DNA of 64,000 nt, taken from contig CAXXGJ010000018.1 of NCBI GenBank assembly GCA_963677895.2, positions 192,001 to 256,000 of the forward strand, given 5' to 3'. The notes beneath the pieces were generated by a model, which was not told where the DNA came from, did not search any database, and saw only the letters and a program-made list of their open reading frames with translations. This document shows positions 21,648 to 32,664 of this stretch, piece by piece; the first letter of the stretch is position 1, and the number at the start of each line of letters is the position of its first letter. The DNA comes from Treponemataceae bacterium. Its GTDB lineage: Bacteria > Spirochaetota > Spirochaetia > Treponematales > Rectinemataceae. Both the position numbers and the translations under genes were made by a program.

Positions 21648-22592
21648 ATGTTCAGATATATCCTGAAACGCTTTTCTCAGTCCTTCGTCACCCTTTTCAT
21701 TGTAGTGACCGTCGTGTTCATGCTGATGCGCCTTCTCCCGCTGGAAGGATATTTCGGCGATGGCTACGACAAACTTTCCGAGGAGCAGAAGGTCGCCGCC
21801 CTCGACCGCATGGGCTTGCTCGATCCCTGGTATGTCCAGCTGGGCAATTTTTACGTGAAACTCTCGCGGGGCGATTTGGGCACTTCCATAATCTATCGAC
21901 GTGACGTGCCGGTTACCGAAGTAATAGCCCCGCGAATTCCCTATTCCATGTATTTCGGGATTTTCGCCACCCTTCTGGCGTTGATCGCGGGCCTTTCCCT
22001 GGGCGTATTCATGGCACGGAAGAAAGGGCAGGTCCTGGACAAGGCCGGTACCGCTTACATCGTGCTGATAAACGCGATGCCATCGGCCGTCTATCTCCTC
22101 TTTATACAGTTATACGGCACCAGTCTCTTCAATCTTCCCATTCTTTTCGATAAATACCGCGTAAAAAGCTGGATACTGCCGGCCATTTCCCTGTCGTTAG
22201 GCGGCATTGCTGGGTACGCGATGTGGATACGGCGTTATATGGTCGACGAACTCAACAAGGATTACATAAAGCTCGCCAGGGCAAAGGGGCTGCCAGAAAA
22301 GCTCATCATGGTGCGCCACGTTATGCGAAACGCCTTCGTCCCCATGGCCCAGTACCTCCCCGCCGCGATACTTTCGACTATTTCCGGCTCGATCTATATC
22401 GAATCGCTTTATTCCATTCCCGGCATGGGCGGACTTCTTGTCGATGTCATTCAACGTCAGGACAACCCCATGGTCCAGGCTCTCGTCCTCATTTTCTCCT
22501 CAGTGGGAATCATCGGTCTGTTTCTCGGCGATATTCTCATGGCGATATTCGATCCGAGGATAAAACTCGTAAAAGGGGAGGGCTCGCGATGA
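21648..22592 (+). CDS. oppB: Oligopeptide ABC transporter permease
   Basis: YILKR, GDLGTS, DYIKLARAKGL, IESLYSIPGMG. Confidence 0.9.
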   Translation: MFRYILKRFSQSFVTLFIVVTVVFMLMRLLPLEGYFGDGYDKLSEEQKVAALDRMGLLDPWYVQLGNFYVKLSRGDLGTSIIYRRDVPVTEVIAPRIPYSMYFGIFATLLALIAGLSLGVFMARKKGQVLDKAGTAYIVLINAMPSAVYLLFIQLYGTSLFNLPILFDKYRVKSWILPAISLSLGGIAGYAMWIRRYMVDELNKDYIKLARAKGLPEKLIMVRHVMRNAFVPMAQYLPAAILSTISGSIYIESLYSIPGMGGLLVDVIQRQDNPMVQALVLIFSSVGIIGLFLGDILMAIFDPRIKLVKGEGSR

Positions 22593-23521
22593 GCGACTCG
22601 CTTTTCGAATTCGCCGACTTCGATGAAAACGCCTCGGAACGTATAGGATATTCCGATTACTCGTATTGGCGGTCCACCGTAAAGGTTTTTCTCAAGAATC
22701 GGATCGCCGTTATCCTCCTTGTCGTGCTTTCTATATTGCTTATATTCACGTTCATCCAGCCCCTCATCCCCGGGCAGAATTCACCCACCAAGATTCATAT
22801 CGACCCCGCCACGAGCGTGCAGATGCGCAATCGCCTGCCGGATGCCACTTTTTGGTTCGGGACCAACTCCATAGGCCAGGATCTTTGGGCGCGCATCTGG
22901 AGCGGCACGAGGACAAGCCTTCTCATCGGGCTCATCGTCGGATTCTTCGAGATGCTGGTGGGCATAACGTATGGAGCCCTTTGGGGCTACGTGCGCAAGC
23001 TCGACAGGGTTATGACGGAAGTGTACAACGTTCTCAACAATATTCCCACGACGATCATCCTGCTGCTGATGGCCTATATTCTCCGGCCCGGATTCAAGAC
23101 CATGATCATAGCGATGTGCATCACGGGCTGGCTGGGGCTTGCCCGCTTCGTGCGCAACCAGATCGTCATCATAAGGGACAGGGAATACAACCTCGCGTCG
23201 CGCTGCCTTGGAACGCCAGCTGGCCGGGTGATAAGCCGGAATCTGTTGCCCTATCTCGTGTCGGTGATAATGCTGCAGACGGCCCTCTCCATCCCCGGGA
23301 CCATCGGCTGGGAAGTGTTCCTCACCTACATCGGCCTCGGACTGCCCGTGAGCATTCCCTCCCTTGGAAACCTGGTCAACGAAGGCAGGCTCATAATGAT
23401 GTCGCCCGAATTAAGGTACCAGCTGATATTCCCCACGATCGTGCTGTCCATCATTACCATATCCTTCTATGTTCTCGGCAACGCCTTCGCCGACGCGTCC
23501 GATCCGCGCAACCATGTGTAG
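22589..23521 (+). CDS. oppC: Oligopeptide ABC transporter permease
   Basis: WFGTNSIGQDLWAR, REYNLASRCLG, DPR C-terminus; ATG overlaps the oppB stop. Confidence 0.9.
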   Translation: MSDSLFEFADFDENASERIGYSDYSYWRSTVKVFLKNRIAVILLVVLSILLIFTFIQPLIPGQNSPTKIHIDPATSVQMRNRLPDATFWFGTNSIGQDLWARIWSGTRTSLLIGLIVGFFEMLVGITYGALWGYVRKLDRVMTEVYNVLNNIPTTIILLLMAYILRPGFKTMIIAMCITGWLGLARFVRNQIVIIRDREYNLASRCLGTPAGRVISRNLLPYLVSVIMLQTALSIPGTIGWEVFLTYIGLGLPVSIPSLGNLVNEGRLIMMSPELRYQLIFPTIVLSIITISFYVLGNAFADASDPRNHV

Positions 23522-23530
23522 GGGCAGGTG

Positions 23531-24604
23531 ATGGAAAAAATAGCGGTGGAAAAAATCCTCGACGTGAAAGATATAGTCATTAAGTTCAACTTGAGGGGAC
23601 AGGTCCTCACCGCGATCCGCGGGACCAGTCTCGATGTCAGGAAAGGCGAGACCATCGCCATCGTCGGCGAATCCGGTTCGGGAAAATCCGTGCTCACGAA
23701 ATCCTTCATCGGCATGTTGGATAAGAACGGCTGGGTGGATTCGGGGTCCATCCTCTTCGAAGGCGAAGATCTCGCGAAGTACCGCGGCGAAAAGCCCTGG
23801 CTCTCGATAAGGGGCAAAAAGATATCCATGGTCTTTCAGGATCCGATGACCTCGCTCAACCCGCTCCGCACGGTAGGCTCGCAGATCGGCGAAGTCTACG
23901 CCCTGCACCGCGGCTTCAACGCCAAAAAAGCCGAGGCGGCGGCGGTGGAGATGCTGAATCGGGTGGGCATTCCCGACGCCGACAAGCGCCACAAGCAGTT
24001 TCCTCATGAATTCTCGGGCGGCATGCGGCAGCGCGTAGTCATCGCCATCGCCATGGCATGCGAACCGCGCATTCTCATCTGCGACGAGCCTACTACGGCC
24101 CTCGATGTGACCATCCAGGCCCAGATACTGGATCTTATCCGCTCCCTTCAGGCCGAGTTCGGCTTCACGACCATCTACATCACCCACGACCTGGGTGTGG
24201 TGGCCAACGTCGCCGACAGGGTGGCGGTGATGTACGCCGGGAAAATCGTGGAATGCGGGCAGGCTGAGGAAGTTTTCTACGATCCGCGCCATCCTTATAC
24301 ATGGGCCCTGCTTTCATCGCTGCCCCAGCTGGGAATCAAGGGGAAGCCTCTCTTTTCCATAAAGGGAACTCCTCCGAGCCTCTTCAAGGAAATAAAAGGC
24401 GACGCTTTCGCGGCGCGCAATCCCTATGCGCTCAAGATCGATTTCGTGCAGGAACCGCCCCGTTTCGAGGTGAGCCCCAGCCACTGGGCTTCCACCTGGC
24501 TGCTCGATCCCCGCGCGCCCAGGGTGGAACCCCCCGAAATCATCAGGCACTTGCAGGAATCCTGGCAGGTTCAGAACGCGTGGCTTTCGGGTTCCAAGGC
24601 CTGA
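23531..24604 (+). CDS. oppD: Oligopeptide ABC transporter ATPase
   Basis: [34 protein letters not shown]. Confidence 0.92.
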   Translation: MEKIAVEKILDVKDIVIKFNLRGQVLTAIRGTSLDVRKGETIAIVGESGSGKSVLTKSFIGMLDKNGWVDSGSILFEGEDLAKYRGEKPWLSIRGKKISMVFQDPMTSLNPLRTVGSQIGEVYALHRGFNAKKAEAAAVEMLNRVGIPDADKRHKQFPHEFSGGMRQRVVIAIAMACEPRILICDEPTTALDVTIQAQILDLIRSLQAEFGFTTIYITHDLGVVANVADRVAVMYAGKIVECGQAEEVFYDPRHPYTWALLSSLPQLGIKGKPLFSIKGTPPSLFKEIKGDAFAARNPYALKIDFVQEPPRFEVSPSHWASTWLLDPRAPRVEPPEIIRHLQESWQVQNAWLSGSKA

Positions 24605-24627
24605 GCGCGCAAACGAGGAAAGATACG

Positions 24628-25557
24628 ATGGAACGCGAGAAAATACTGGAAGTGAAAGACCTATCGGTCGATTTCAAGGTGAAGGGCGGTAGCTTCCGCG
24701 CCGTCGACAAGGTCAATTTTTTCATATACAAGGGCGAAACCTTCGGTCTCGTCGGGGAATCGGGATCCGGAAAGACAACCATCGGCCGGGCGATCGTGAG
24801 GATAAACGAAGCGAGCGGCGGGGAAATTCTCTTCAAGGGAAGGAATATCAACGGTCGCATAACGCCTGAACTGGACCGTGAAGTAGTCCAGAAAATACAG
24901 ATGATTTTCCAGGATCCGATGGCGTCGCTCAACGAGAGGGCGAAGATAGACTATATCGTTTCGGAAGGCCTGTACAATATCCATGGATTTTCGAGCGAAA
25001 AGGAGAGAATGGAGCTCGTCCAGAAGGCTCTTCTCGAAGTGGGCCTTCTGCCCGAGTTCGCAAGCCGTTTTCCCCATGAGTTCTCAGGCGGCCAACGTCA
25101 GCGGATCGGCATCGCCCGCGCCCTCATTATGTCGCCTGAGTTCATCATCGCCGACGAACCCATCTCCGCGCTGGACGTTTCGATCAGAGCCCAGGTGCTC
25201 AATCTCCTCTCACAGATCCAGAAGACCAAGGGGCTGTCGCTGATGTTCATAGCGCACGATCTCTCGGTTGTGCGATTTATAACCGACAGGATAGCCGTCA
25301 TCCATCTGGGCAAGATCGTGGAACTCGGCGAGACCGAGGAAATATTCTCCAAACCGCTCCACCCCTACACGAAGGCGCTGCTCTCCGCCGTTCCCCTGCC
25401 GGATCCACGGCGCGAGAAGGGCAAGAAATCGACGCCTTACGACCAATCGTGCCACGACTACAGCGATGAACAGCCCAGCTGGCGTGAAGCCCTGCCCGGG
25501 CATTTCGTGTACGGGAACGGGGAAGAGACGGAGGACTGGACGAGGCGCTACCGGTGA
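24628..25557 (+). CDS. oppF: Oligopeptide ABC transporter ATPase
   Basis: [36 protein letters not shown]. Confidence 0.92.
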   Translation: MEREKILEVKDLSVDFKVKGGSFRAVDKVNFFIYKGETFGLVGESGSGKTTIGRAIVRINEASGGEILFKGRNINGRITPELDREVVQKIQMIFQDPMASLNERAKIDYIVSEGLYNIHGFSSEKERMELVQKALLEVGLLPEFASRFPHEFSGGQRQRIGIARALIMSPEFIIADEPISALDVSIRAQVLNLLSQIQKTKGLSLMFIAHDLSVVRFITDRIAVIHLGKIVELGETEEIFSKPLHPYTKALLSAVPLPDPRREKGKKSTPYDQSCHDYSDEQPSWREALPGHFVYGNGEETEDWTRRYR

Positions 25558-25561
25558 GAGA

Positions 25562-25918
25562 TCAGAAATTCGCGCCTATCCCAAAGCCGAAATAAAGGAC
25601 AAGGGAAGCCAAGGCGAGGAAGACGGAAGCGGCCAGCAGGACGCGGCGGCTTCGTTTGGATGAAAGGTTGGGCGGCGTATCCTGCCCGCGGCGTTTCAAG
25701 AACGAGTCGTCGCGGAGATAGAGCAGCCAAGCGACGAGAAGATAGAAGCCCATGACAGCGACGGCGAGCCATTCCACATAGTACGGTTTGCCCAGAAGCT
25801 TGAGGCCGATGAGGAAACTGGCCGCCAGCCCCAAGCTTCCCAAGCCCAGTCCCATGGCCGCGTCCTTCAATAGCGGACGTTTTGGGCGCGTTCCGTTTTC
25901 GATTGTTTTTCGATTCAT
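25562..25918 (-). CDS. Small hypothetical membrane protein (about 3 TM)
   Basis: Three hydrophobic segments; start chosen at ATG 25918 to avoid overlap with the divergent gene. Confidence 0.55.
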   Translation of the reverse strand: MNRKTIENGTRPKRPLLKDAAMGLGLGSLGLAASFLIGLKLLGKPYYVEWLAVAVMGFYLLVAWLLYLRDDSFLKRRGQDTPPNLSSKRSRRVLLAASVFLALASLVLYFGFGIGANF

Positions 25919-25992
25919 TGAAGGCATTGTGGGGACTCGAAATCTTCTTGTCAACGCGGCGGAATCCGGAAGATGGAGGCGGGAGGAAGACA

Positions 25993-27435
25993 ATGGAAAG
26001 AGGAGCGGAAAAAGCGGCCGAAGCGGCCGAAGCCTTGCGGGAACTCGGCGAGGCCTGCGGGCGGGTGATGGAATTGCCGGGGAAGCCTCTTTCGGGCCTC
26101 GCCGTCGTCCTGCTTCGGGGCGGCCGCATAGCCTGGGAAGGGTACTTCGGCACGAGACGCTTTGCCGCGGGCGACGGGAAGGTGCGGACGGAAGGGCAGG
26201 GGGGAGCGACAGATCTGCCCGTCGATGAGCGCACGCGGTGGCGCGTCGCCTCAATTTCCAAGCCCACGGCGACGATAGGCGCCATGCGCCTCGTCGAAAA
26301 AGGCTTCCTCGATCTCGATCGCGACATTTCCGATTACCTGGGATTCACGCTGCGCAATCCAGTCTTTCCCGACGAGAAGATCACGACAAGAATGCTCCTC
26401 GGCCATACATCCAGCCTCCGCGATGCGGGTTTCTACTATCCCCCGCTCGGACACAGGCTGGAGGAACTTTTCGCCCCCGATGGCAGATACTTCGATGGTG
26501 GAAAGCACTTTGCCCCGAAAGACCCCCGCGTCGACATGTCGCCCGCTTCGTTTTATTGCTACTGCAACCTGGGGTATGCCATCCTCGGAAGCATCGTGGA
26601 GAAGATCGCGGGCAAACGCTTCGATCTCTACATGCAGGAAGCCGTCTTCGGGCCGCTCGGCATAGACGGCGGGTTCAACGTCAACCTGCTCTCGGATGAG
26701 GGGTTTGCCAACCTTTCGCCCATCTATAGAAAATGCCCGGCCGATAAAGAGTCGGATGATTCCTGGAACGCGATGGGCTCTTGGTATCCGCAGATTGACG
26801 ACTACCGCGGACTCCGTCCGAAGCTTCCGGTCCGAATCCCGGTCGCGGTCGGCACAGGCAGCACAGGCGTCCAGGGCGGCCGCGGCAGCCGGGACTCGGC
26901 AGTCCTGCCTTCGCTTGAAGACTATAGGCTGGGGGAGAATGGCTCGCTTTTTTCGCCCCAAGGCGGCATGCGCATCCGCGCCCGCGATCTCGCGAAAATA
27001 GCGCAGTGCTTCATCGACGGCGGCAAGGTGGATGCGGGTTTTGGCGTCGACGGCGGGACAAAGGCCGCGGAACCGCGATCGGGCGGCATCCGTCTGCTCT
27101 CTGAGATGAGCGTGGACGCTATGATGACCCCAGGCTGGAAGCGACGCGAGGACGGCTCCAACTGCGAGGAAGAATTCAGTCGTACCTATGCGACCGGCAT
27201 CGGATTGATGCGTCCGACCGGCCCGGGGGGGCGGCCCGGCCTATGGGGACACCGCGGCAATGCCTACGGTTTCCTCGGCGGCATGTTCGTCGATCGGAGC
27301 AACCGTTCGGGCTACGTTTATATGATCGGCGGAACGGGGGCCAATCCGGACGCCAACAGGGATGCGCAAAGCGGCCTTACAGTATGGGAAGAAGCGCTCG
27401 GCCGCGCGATCGAAAAGACGCTCAGCTTGATTTGA
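25993..27435 (+). CDS. Serine hydrolase, beta-lactamase class C-like family
   Basis: SxxK (ASISK), LLGHTSSL, YCN, GHRG; GGAGG RBS. Confidence 0.88.
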   Translation: MERGAEKAAEAAEALRELGEACGRVMELPGKPLSGLAVVLLRGGRIAWEGYFGTRRFAAGDGKVRTEGQGGATDLPVDERTRWRVASISKPTATIGAMRLVEKGFLDLDRDISDYLGFTLRNPVFPDEKITTRMLLGHTSSLRDAGFYYPPLGHRLEELFAPDGRYFDGGKHFAPKDPRVDMSPASFYCYCNLGYAILGSIVEKIAGKRFDLYMQEAVFGPLGIDGGFNVNLLSDEGFANLSPIYRKCPADKESDDSWNAMGSWYPQIDDYRGLRPKLPVRIPVAVGTGSTGVQGGRGSRDSAVLPSLEDYRLGENGSLFSPQGGMRIRARDLAKIAQCFIDGGKVDAGFGVDGGTKAAEPRSGGIRLLSEMSVDAMMTPGWKRREDGSNCEEEFSRTYATGIGLMRPTGPGGRPGLWGHRGNAYGFLGGMFVDRSNRSGYVYMIGGTGANPDANRDAQSGLTVWEEALGRAIEKTLSLI

Positions 27436-29545
27436 ATCTTCGGCGCACCTGGAGCTGCTCGGGCGGCGCCTCCGCTATTTCGGCCATGCGCTTTACCCTC
27501 TTGTAGAGCTGTTCCTGCGCCGAAACGGGTTTTTCGCCTTCCATGGGCTTTACCCCTTCCCAGGAACCGTCGGGAAGCATCCTGAAAGCATGGTCCGTAT
27601 CCTTGAAATAGGCAGCCATGATTTCCACGCAAACGCGCTGGAGGCGTTCGTCGATCACCGGGAACATCAATTCGATCCTCCGTTCCAGATTCCTCGGCAG
27701 GCAGTCGGCGCTGGATAGATAGACCTCATCGAGGCCGCCGTTGCGGAAATGGAAGATGCGCGAGTGCTCGAGATAGCGTCCGAGAATGCTTCTGACCTCG
27801 ATGGTCTCAGAGAGACCCGGAATGCCGGGCAGGAGGGTGCAGGCTCCCCGAACGTTCAGCCTGACGATCACGCCCGCGCGGGACGCCTTATAGAAAGCGT
27901 CGATTACGTCGGTATCGGCCAGGGCGTTCAGTTTTGCCTCGATTAGGCCGGGAGACTCGGGCGAGGAGCGCTGGATCTCCCTGTCGATCAAGGAAAGTAT
28001 CCGCTTTTTCAGATCAAAAGGCGCCACGGCCAGATGGGTGAGGGGCTGGATGGTGGAATAGCCGGTGAGCATGTTGAAAAGCGCCGAGGCTTCCCTGCAG
28101 AGATCATCGTTGGCGGTGAAAATCGAAAGGTCGGAGTAGCCCCTGGCTGTCTTTTCGTTATAGTTGCCGGTCGAGAGATGGAGATACTTGTGGATCGCTC
28201 CGTCCTTGGTTCTGCGGATCGCGAGGGCTACCTTGGCATGCACCTTCAGTTTTGCCACGCCATAGGTGACGATGGCCCCGGCCTGTTCGAGCGTGGATGC
28301 CCAGGTTATATTCCTCTCTTCGTCGAAACGCGCCTTGAGTTCCACGACGACGGCCACTTGTTTTCCGTTTCGCGCCGCCCGAATAAGTGCCTTAACTACG
28401 GGAGAATCGCCCGAGGTCCTGTACAGCGTCATTTTTATGGCGAGAACGGTGGGATCGTCGGCCGCTTCGTCCAGGAAACGCTGGATCGCCCCGAACGATT
28501 CATAGGGCACATGGATAAGCCTGTCTCCGCTGTCGATTTCATCCCAGACGCTCGCCCCTTCCGGGCCGGGGAGGACGACAGGGGACCAAACCTTGTCTCT
28601 CAGCTTGGAGTTGGTCCTTCGATGGCTCTTTTCCTCGATGGAAGCCAGGTCGTAGAAACCCGCAAGATCTATGGGACCGCCCAATCGATAGGTGTCTATT
28701 TCGCCAAGCCCAAGACCTTTCTGGAGGATCGCGACGAGGGCGGCCGCCTTGCCGGAGACGCTGAGTCTCACCGGCGTGGAGTTCTGGCGCCCGGCCAGAA
28801 CTTCCTCCATGGCTGCCAGAAAATCCTCCTGCCTGTCCTCGTCGACGCCCGAATCGGCGTCCCTCGTCACCTTGAAGACAAGGGAGCTGTTGACCTTGTG
28901 TCCGGGGAATAGCCTGGAAGCGTAGCTCGTGATGAGGTCTTCGATGAGGGTGAATCGGAAAATATCCGGATTGTCCTCATCCTGTTTGGGAAGCGGTATG
29001 AACCGGCCTGAGTTCTTGGGCACCTGGGCTATTGCGTAGACCTTGTCGCTGCTTTCCGTCTCGAGCTCGAAGGCGCATTGGAGCTGGAGATTGCCAGTCG
29101 AGGGGAATACGTCCTCCTCGATGCGCAAAGGGGTGATGAGGGGGAATACCTGTTCGTTGAAATAGCCTTCGAGATAACGCTTTTCGCCCAAACTCCAGCG
29201 CCTGGGAGGAACGATTTCCATTCCCTCCGCCGCGAGTCCCGGCAGGACACGCTCGGCCAGGCACTTGTACTGAATGCCGACCAGCTCCTTCACGCGGGCT
29301 GAAACCATGGCGAGCAGCTGCTCGGGGGTGGCGCCCGAGGCATCCAGGCTGTGGTCTCCCCGGCCGATCGCGGCCTTGAGGCCGGCCACCCGGACCATGA
29401 AGAACTCGTCGAAGTTGGAAGTCACGATGCCGAGGAACTTGAGGCGCTCGAGGAGGGGCACCGAATCCTTCAGCGCCACCTGGAGGACTCGGGCGTTGAA
29501 CTCGATCCACGAAAGTTCGCGGTTCAGTACGGGATAATCGCTCAT
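27422..29545 (-). CDS. ppk1: Polyphosphate kinase 1
   Basis: NRELSWIEFN, FDEFFMVRVAGL, ELKARFDE, KVHAK, TGNYN, YLEHSR. Confidence 0.95.
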   Translation of the reverse strand: MSDYPVLNRELSWIEFNARVLQVALKDSVPLLERLKFLGIVTSNFDEFFMVRVAGLKAAIGRGDHSLDASGATPEQLLAMVSARVKELVGIQYKCLAERVLPGLAAEGMEIVPPRRWSLGEKRYLEGYFNEQVFPLITPLRIEEDVFPSTGNLQLQCAFELETESSDKVYAIAQVPKNSGRFIPLPKQDEDNPDIFRFTLIEDLITSYASRLFPGHKVNSSLVFKVTRDADSGVDEDRQEDFLAAMEEVLAGRQNSTPVRLSVSGKAAALVAILQKGLGLGEIDTYRLGGPIDLAGFYDLASIEEKSHRRTNSKLRDKVWSPVVLPGPEGASVWDEIDSGDRLIHVPYESFGAIQRFLDEAADDPTVLAIKMTLYRTSGDSPVVKALIRAARNGKQVAVVVELKARFDEERNITWASTLEQAGAIVTYGVAKLKVHAKVALAIRRTKDGAIHKYLHLSTGNYNEKTARGYSDLSIFTANDDLCREASALFNMLTGYSTIQPLTHLAVAPFDLKKRILSLIDREIQRSSPESPGLIEAKLNALADTDVIDAFYKASRAGVIVRLNVRGACTLLPGIPGLSETIEVRSILGRYLEHSRIFHFRNGGLDEVYLSSADCLPRNLERRIELMFPVIDERLQRVCVEIMAAYFKDTDHAFRMLPDGSWEGVKPMEGEKPVSAQEQLYKRVKRMAEIAEAPPEQLQVRRRFKSS

Positions 29546-29552
29546 GGCTGCC

Positions 29553-31139
29553 TCATAGTACTGTCGGTACCAGACCGAAAACATCCTCGAACAAATCTCC
29601 CTTGTCGGCAAGCGATAGTCTTTCGAGCGAGAAGTCGAGGTTCCGAGTCGAACGGATCAGGAATTTGTCGCTGCCCTTCTCGAAGGAAGCGTCGATCATT
29701 CTTCCCGAATGATTCCTGTCCAGCGCGTCGGCCACGCGCAGTATGGCCGAAAGCTTCATAACGACGATCCTGTCCTCCCTCGGGAGGGAAATGTAGTTCA
29801 CATGGGTGGGGGCGGGGGGCGAACGCCGGTGATAGCGCACCACGTTGGATATGATATTGATGTCGCTCCGGTTGAGGCCGAAGATTTCCGAGTTGGACAC
29901 GATATACTCCCCGTGCTTGTTATGGCCCGAGGCCCTTATATAGGTTCCGATATCGTGCAGGATGGCCGCGGTTTCCAGGAGAAGTCTTTCATGGTAGCCC
30001 AGCCCGTGTTCGTTCGAGAGCGAATCGAAAATGGCGAGGCAGAGAATGCTCACACTTCGGGCATGGGCTTCGTCGTAGCGGAAGCGCTTGCCGAGAGCGC
30101 GGGCCGAGGCCAGGACCTGCTGCTTCAGCTCTTCTTCCACGGCCGGGTCCAGACCTCGCACCTCGGCGAGGAGCAGCCCCTCCCTGATGGACACGTTGGG
30201 GACTATCACCTGGCTGGCCCCCGTCCTGGCGAGGAAAAGTGACTCGATGGCGAGCCCTGAGGAGAGCCCTTCCGCCTCCGCCCAAGGCAGATGATACGTG
30301 GCTATGCATTCTTCGATCGATAGTTTCGATATGGATTCGGCGAAGGCGATGAAATCTTCCCTGCCCAATATGGAATAAGCGCCGAGGTTTTGCCCCGAGA
30401 CGCAGTATGCCGCGAACCGCGCGTCGGAACCGATCACGATGAAGGAATTGATCGACTCAAGCGGCATATACTCGGCCATCAGGTCGCAGGCGGTGCGGAT
30501 ATTGCCTTCCAGAAACTCCTGGAGATAGTTTTTCGAAGCGCCCGCCTCGCGCATCTGCTCATCCAACCTCAAGGTACCAATATGGAGGCTGTGGCTGGAC
30601 ATCATCTTTCCGTGCTTGAGGAGCATGATCTCCGTCGTGCCCCCGCCTACTTCCAGAATCATAGAATTCGAACGGGACAGTATTTTCCGCTCGTCCTGGA
30701 GGGCCTGCTGGACGGCCAGATACATGAGGTGGTTTTCCTCGATATCCTCGACGATCCTTATCTTGAAGCCTGTCTGGAGGGCCACTCTATCGATGAAGGT
30801 ATCCCTGTTCGAAGCCTCCCTGAGAGCGCTCGTCGCAATCACTTTGGTCTCGTCGGGGGAAATGCCGTAGCCGTGGAGAAGTTCGCGATACGACGCCAGG
30901 ACGGCTATGCTTTCGCGGATGGCTTCCCTGCCGATATTGCCCTGCGTGAACACGTCGCGGCCTATCCTGCTGGGCTTGCCCGCCCTGTCGAGAACCTTGA
31001 TGCCGCCTGTGGCTTCTATCGAGGCAATAAGCAAACGTATCCCGGTGGATCCAATTTCCATGGCGGCTACCGGATTCGCGGCGGGGACGGCTTTCGCTTC
31101 CTTCACGTGCCTTACTCCTTGGCTGGTCGATTCGGACAT
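29553..31139 (-). CDS. ppx: Ppx/GppA exopolyphosphatase with HD domain
   Basis: EIGSTGIR, ATSALREA, EVGGGTTE, REGLL, LHDIG. Confidence 0.88.
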   Translation of the reverse strand: MSESTSQGVRHVKEAKAVPAANPVAAMEIGSTGIRLLIASIEATGGIKVLDRAGKPSRIGRDVFTQGNIGREAIRESIAVLASYRELLHGYGISPDETKVIATSALREASNRDTFIDRVALQTGFKIRIVEDIEENHLMYLAVQQALQDERKILSRSNSMILEVGGGTTEIMLLKHGKMMSSHSLHIGTLRLDEQMREAGASKNYLQEFLEGNIRTACDLMAEYMPLESINSFIVIGSDARFAAYCVSGQNLGAYSILGREDFIAFAESISKLSIEECIATYHLPWAEAEGLSSGLAIESLFLARTGASQVIVPNVSIREGLLLAEVRGLDPAVEEELKQQVLASARALGKRFRYDEAHARSVSILCLAIFDSLSNEHGLGYHERLLLETAAILHDIGTYIRASGHNKHGEYIVSNSEIFGLNRSDINIISNVVRYHRRSPPAPTHVNYISLPREDRIVVMKLSAILRVADALDRNHSGRMIDASFEKGSDKFLIRSTRNLDFSLERLSLADKGDLFEDVFGLVPTVL

Positions 31140-31220
31140 GATACCACATATACTTCATTTTGTGACCGCGCCAACTGCGCCTTTACCAAAAAGAGCCTCG
31201 CGGTGTACACTTTCCCCCGC

Positions 31221-32648
31221 ATGAACACAGGCACAAAATATCCATTTACGCGTACGACGCGACGCCGGACGCTGGCATTGCTCCTGGCCGCGATTCTTCT
31301 CGGCTTTTTCGCTTCCTGCTCGCCGCGCATCGGCTGGGGTGTCGTCCTCTGGACGGTCAAAGGCACGAGCGCCAAGGCTGGGACCATCGTACCCGTCTAC
31401 CTCAAATCGAATATCACCAAGGTTTACGTCATAGGCGTCGAGGGAGACAAGGCGGAAAGGCTTGAAGTGCCCTTATGGCAAATCGAAATGTTCGGATCGA
31501 GAAGCGCGGCCAGAAAACGCACGGCGCAGATGGCCGATCTCGCTTCCGTCTATATGATCGCCGCCCGGGACGGGCTTCCCGTGCGGGAATCGCCGTCCAA
31601 CGCCAACACCGTCAAGCGCGTGTACAGGCTCAGGGAAAACGAAATGGTCAAGGCGCTCAAGCGCGTCGACGGCGAGGCCCTCTATACCGGCTCAACGAAG
31701 CTGCCGGGCGACTGGTATGAAGTCCTCACCATGGATGGAACCAGGGGCTTTGTCTTCAGCTACACGATGCGGATGTTCGACGAGAGTACTGGAGACGCTC
31801 CCGCGCCCCAAAAGGCGCAGACCGATGCCGAGGCCATCAATGCCGTATTTTCACGGACCTGGCGTCCCGCCTGGTACGCTTCGATGATGGAAGAAGGCAT
31901 GGTGGATCTGGATCTTTTTTCGCTCCGCTTCGGACTCTTCGGCGATGCCATCAACAAACAGATCCGCGTCGAGTTGCCCGCGAATTCCAAGGTGTTTCAA
32001 TACGACAACATTTCCCAGGACAAGGACTGGCTCGTCTTCGAGCCTACCGACCTGAGGATAAAACTCGATAGCCCGACCAGTCTCCTCGCGTCCTGGGGGC
32101 CGGCAGTCGAGGGGGAACCCGAAGACACGGCTGGATGGCGGGCGGGCGACAGCTTTATCCGCTTTATCGTCGTGGACAAAGATATAAGGGAATCCATTCG
32201 CGCCGAGGAAGCCAGACGCTCCGAGGCCTTGGGAAAATTCTTCGCCGCTGTCGCCTCCATCGGCGGCGGAAAAGGTGACAGGGCGGGCATGCTGGAATTT
32301 TCTTCCCCGTCGGCCGGCACCCTCGAACTGTGGCCAAGCGGCCTTTATTCATGGAAAGATACGTTGTTCCTTCCCGCGAACTTCACGCCCGCGGCCGACG
32401 ACAGCGCCGCGGAACAGAAGGGAACCGCCGTTTTCGGCCTGAGACTTTCCAATGACCTCTCCGCGCAATGGCAGGGCGGATTCTCCCTCTATTCCGACGC
32501 GACGGGAAAAAGATCGGACTATGTCTACCGGCTGGAATCCAAGGGACTCGTCCTGGCGAAGGCTATCGGCTCCGCTCCCGGGCTTCCCCTGGGCGAAATA
32601 GAAAACCGGCTCGGAATGGCGACGTTAGGCTTCTCGGGCAAACAGTGA
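31221..32648 (+). CDS. Probable lipoprotein with SH3-like domain
   Basis: Lipobox FFASC; DGLPVRE..VYRLRENEMV...WYEVLT.DGTRGFVF resembles bacterial SH3. Confidence 0.65.
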   Translation: MNTGTKYPFTRTTRRRTLALLLAAILLGFFASCSPRIGWGVVLWTVKGTSAKAGTIVPVYLKSNITKVYVIGVEGDKAERLEVPLWQIEMFGSRSAARKRTAQMADLASVYMIAARDGLPVRESPSNANTVKRVYRLRENEMVKALKRVDGEALYTGSTKLPGDWYEVLTMDGTRGFVFSYTMRMFDESTGDAPAPQKAQTDAEAINAVFSRTWRPAWYASMMEEGMVDLDLFSLRFGLFGDAINKQIRVELPANSKVFQYDNISQDKDWLVFEPTDLRIKLDSPTSLLASWGPAVEGEPEDTAGWRAGDSFIRFIVVDKDIRESIRAEEARRSEALGKFFAAVASIGGGKGDRAGMLEFSSPSAGTLELWPSGLYSWKDTLFLPANFTPAADDSAAEQKGTAVFGLRLSNDLSAQWQGGFSLYSDATGKRSDYVYRLESKGLVLAKAIGSAPGLPLGEIENRLGMATLGFSGKQ

Positions 32649-32664
32649 ATCACGGCAGGATACA

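Noticed and set aside
25993..27435. Antibiotic-resistance beta-lactamase
   Set aside because: Only generic SxxK/YxN serine-hydrolase motifs, and no signal peptide; not enough to claim resistance
30390..31220. N-terminal extension of the 752-aa ORF
   Set aside because: Overlaps ppx on the opposite strand; the lipoprotein signal begins at ATG 31221
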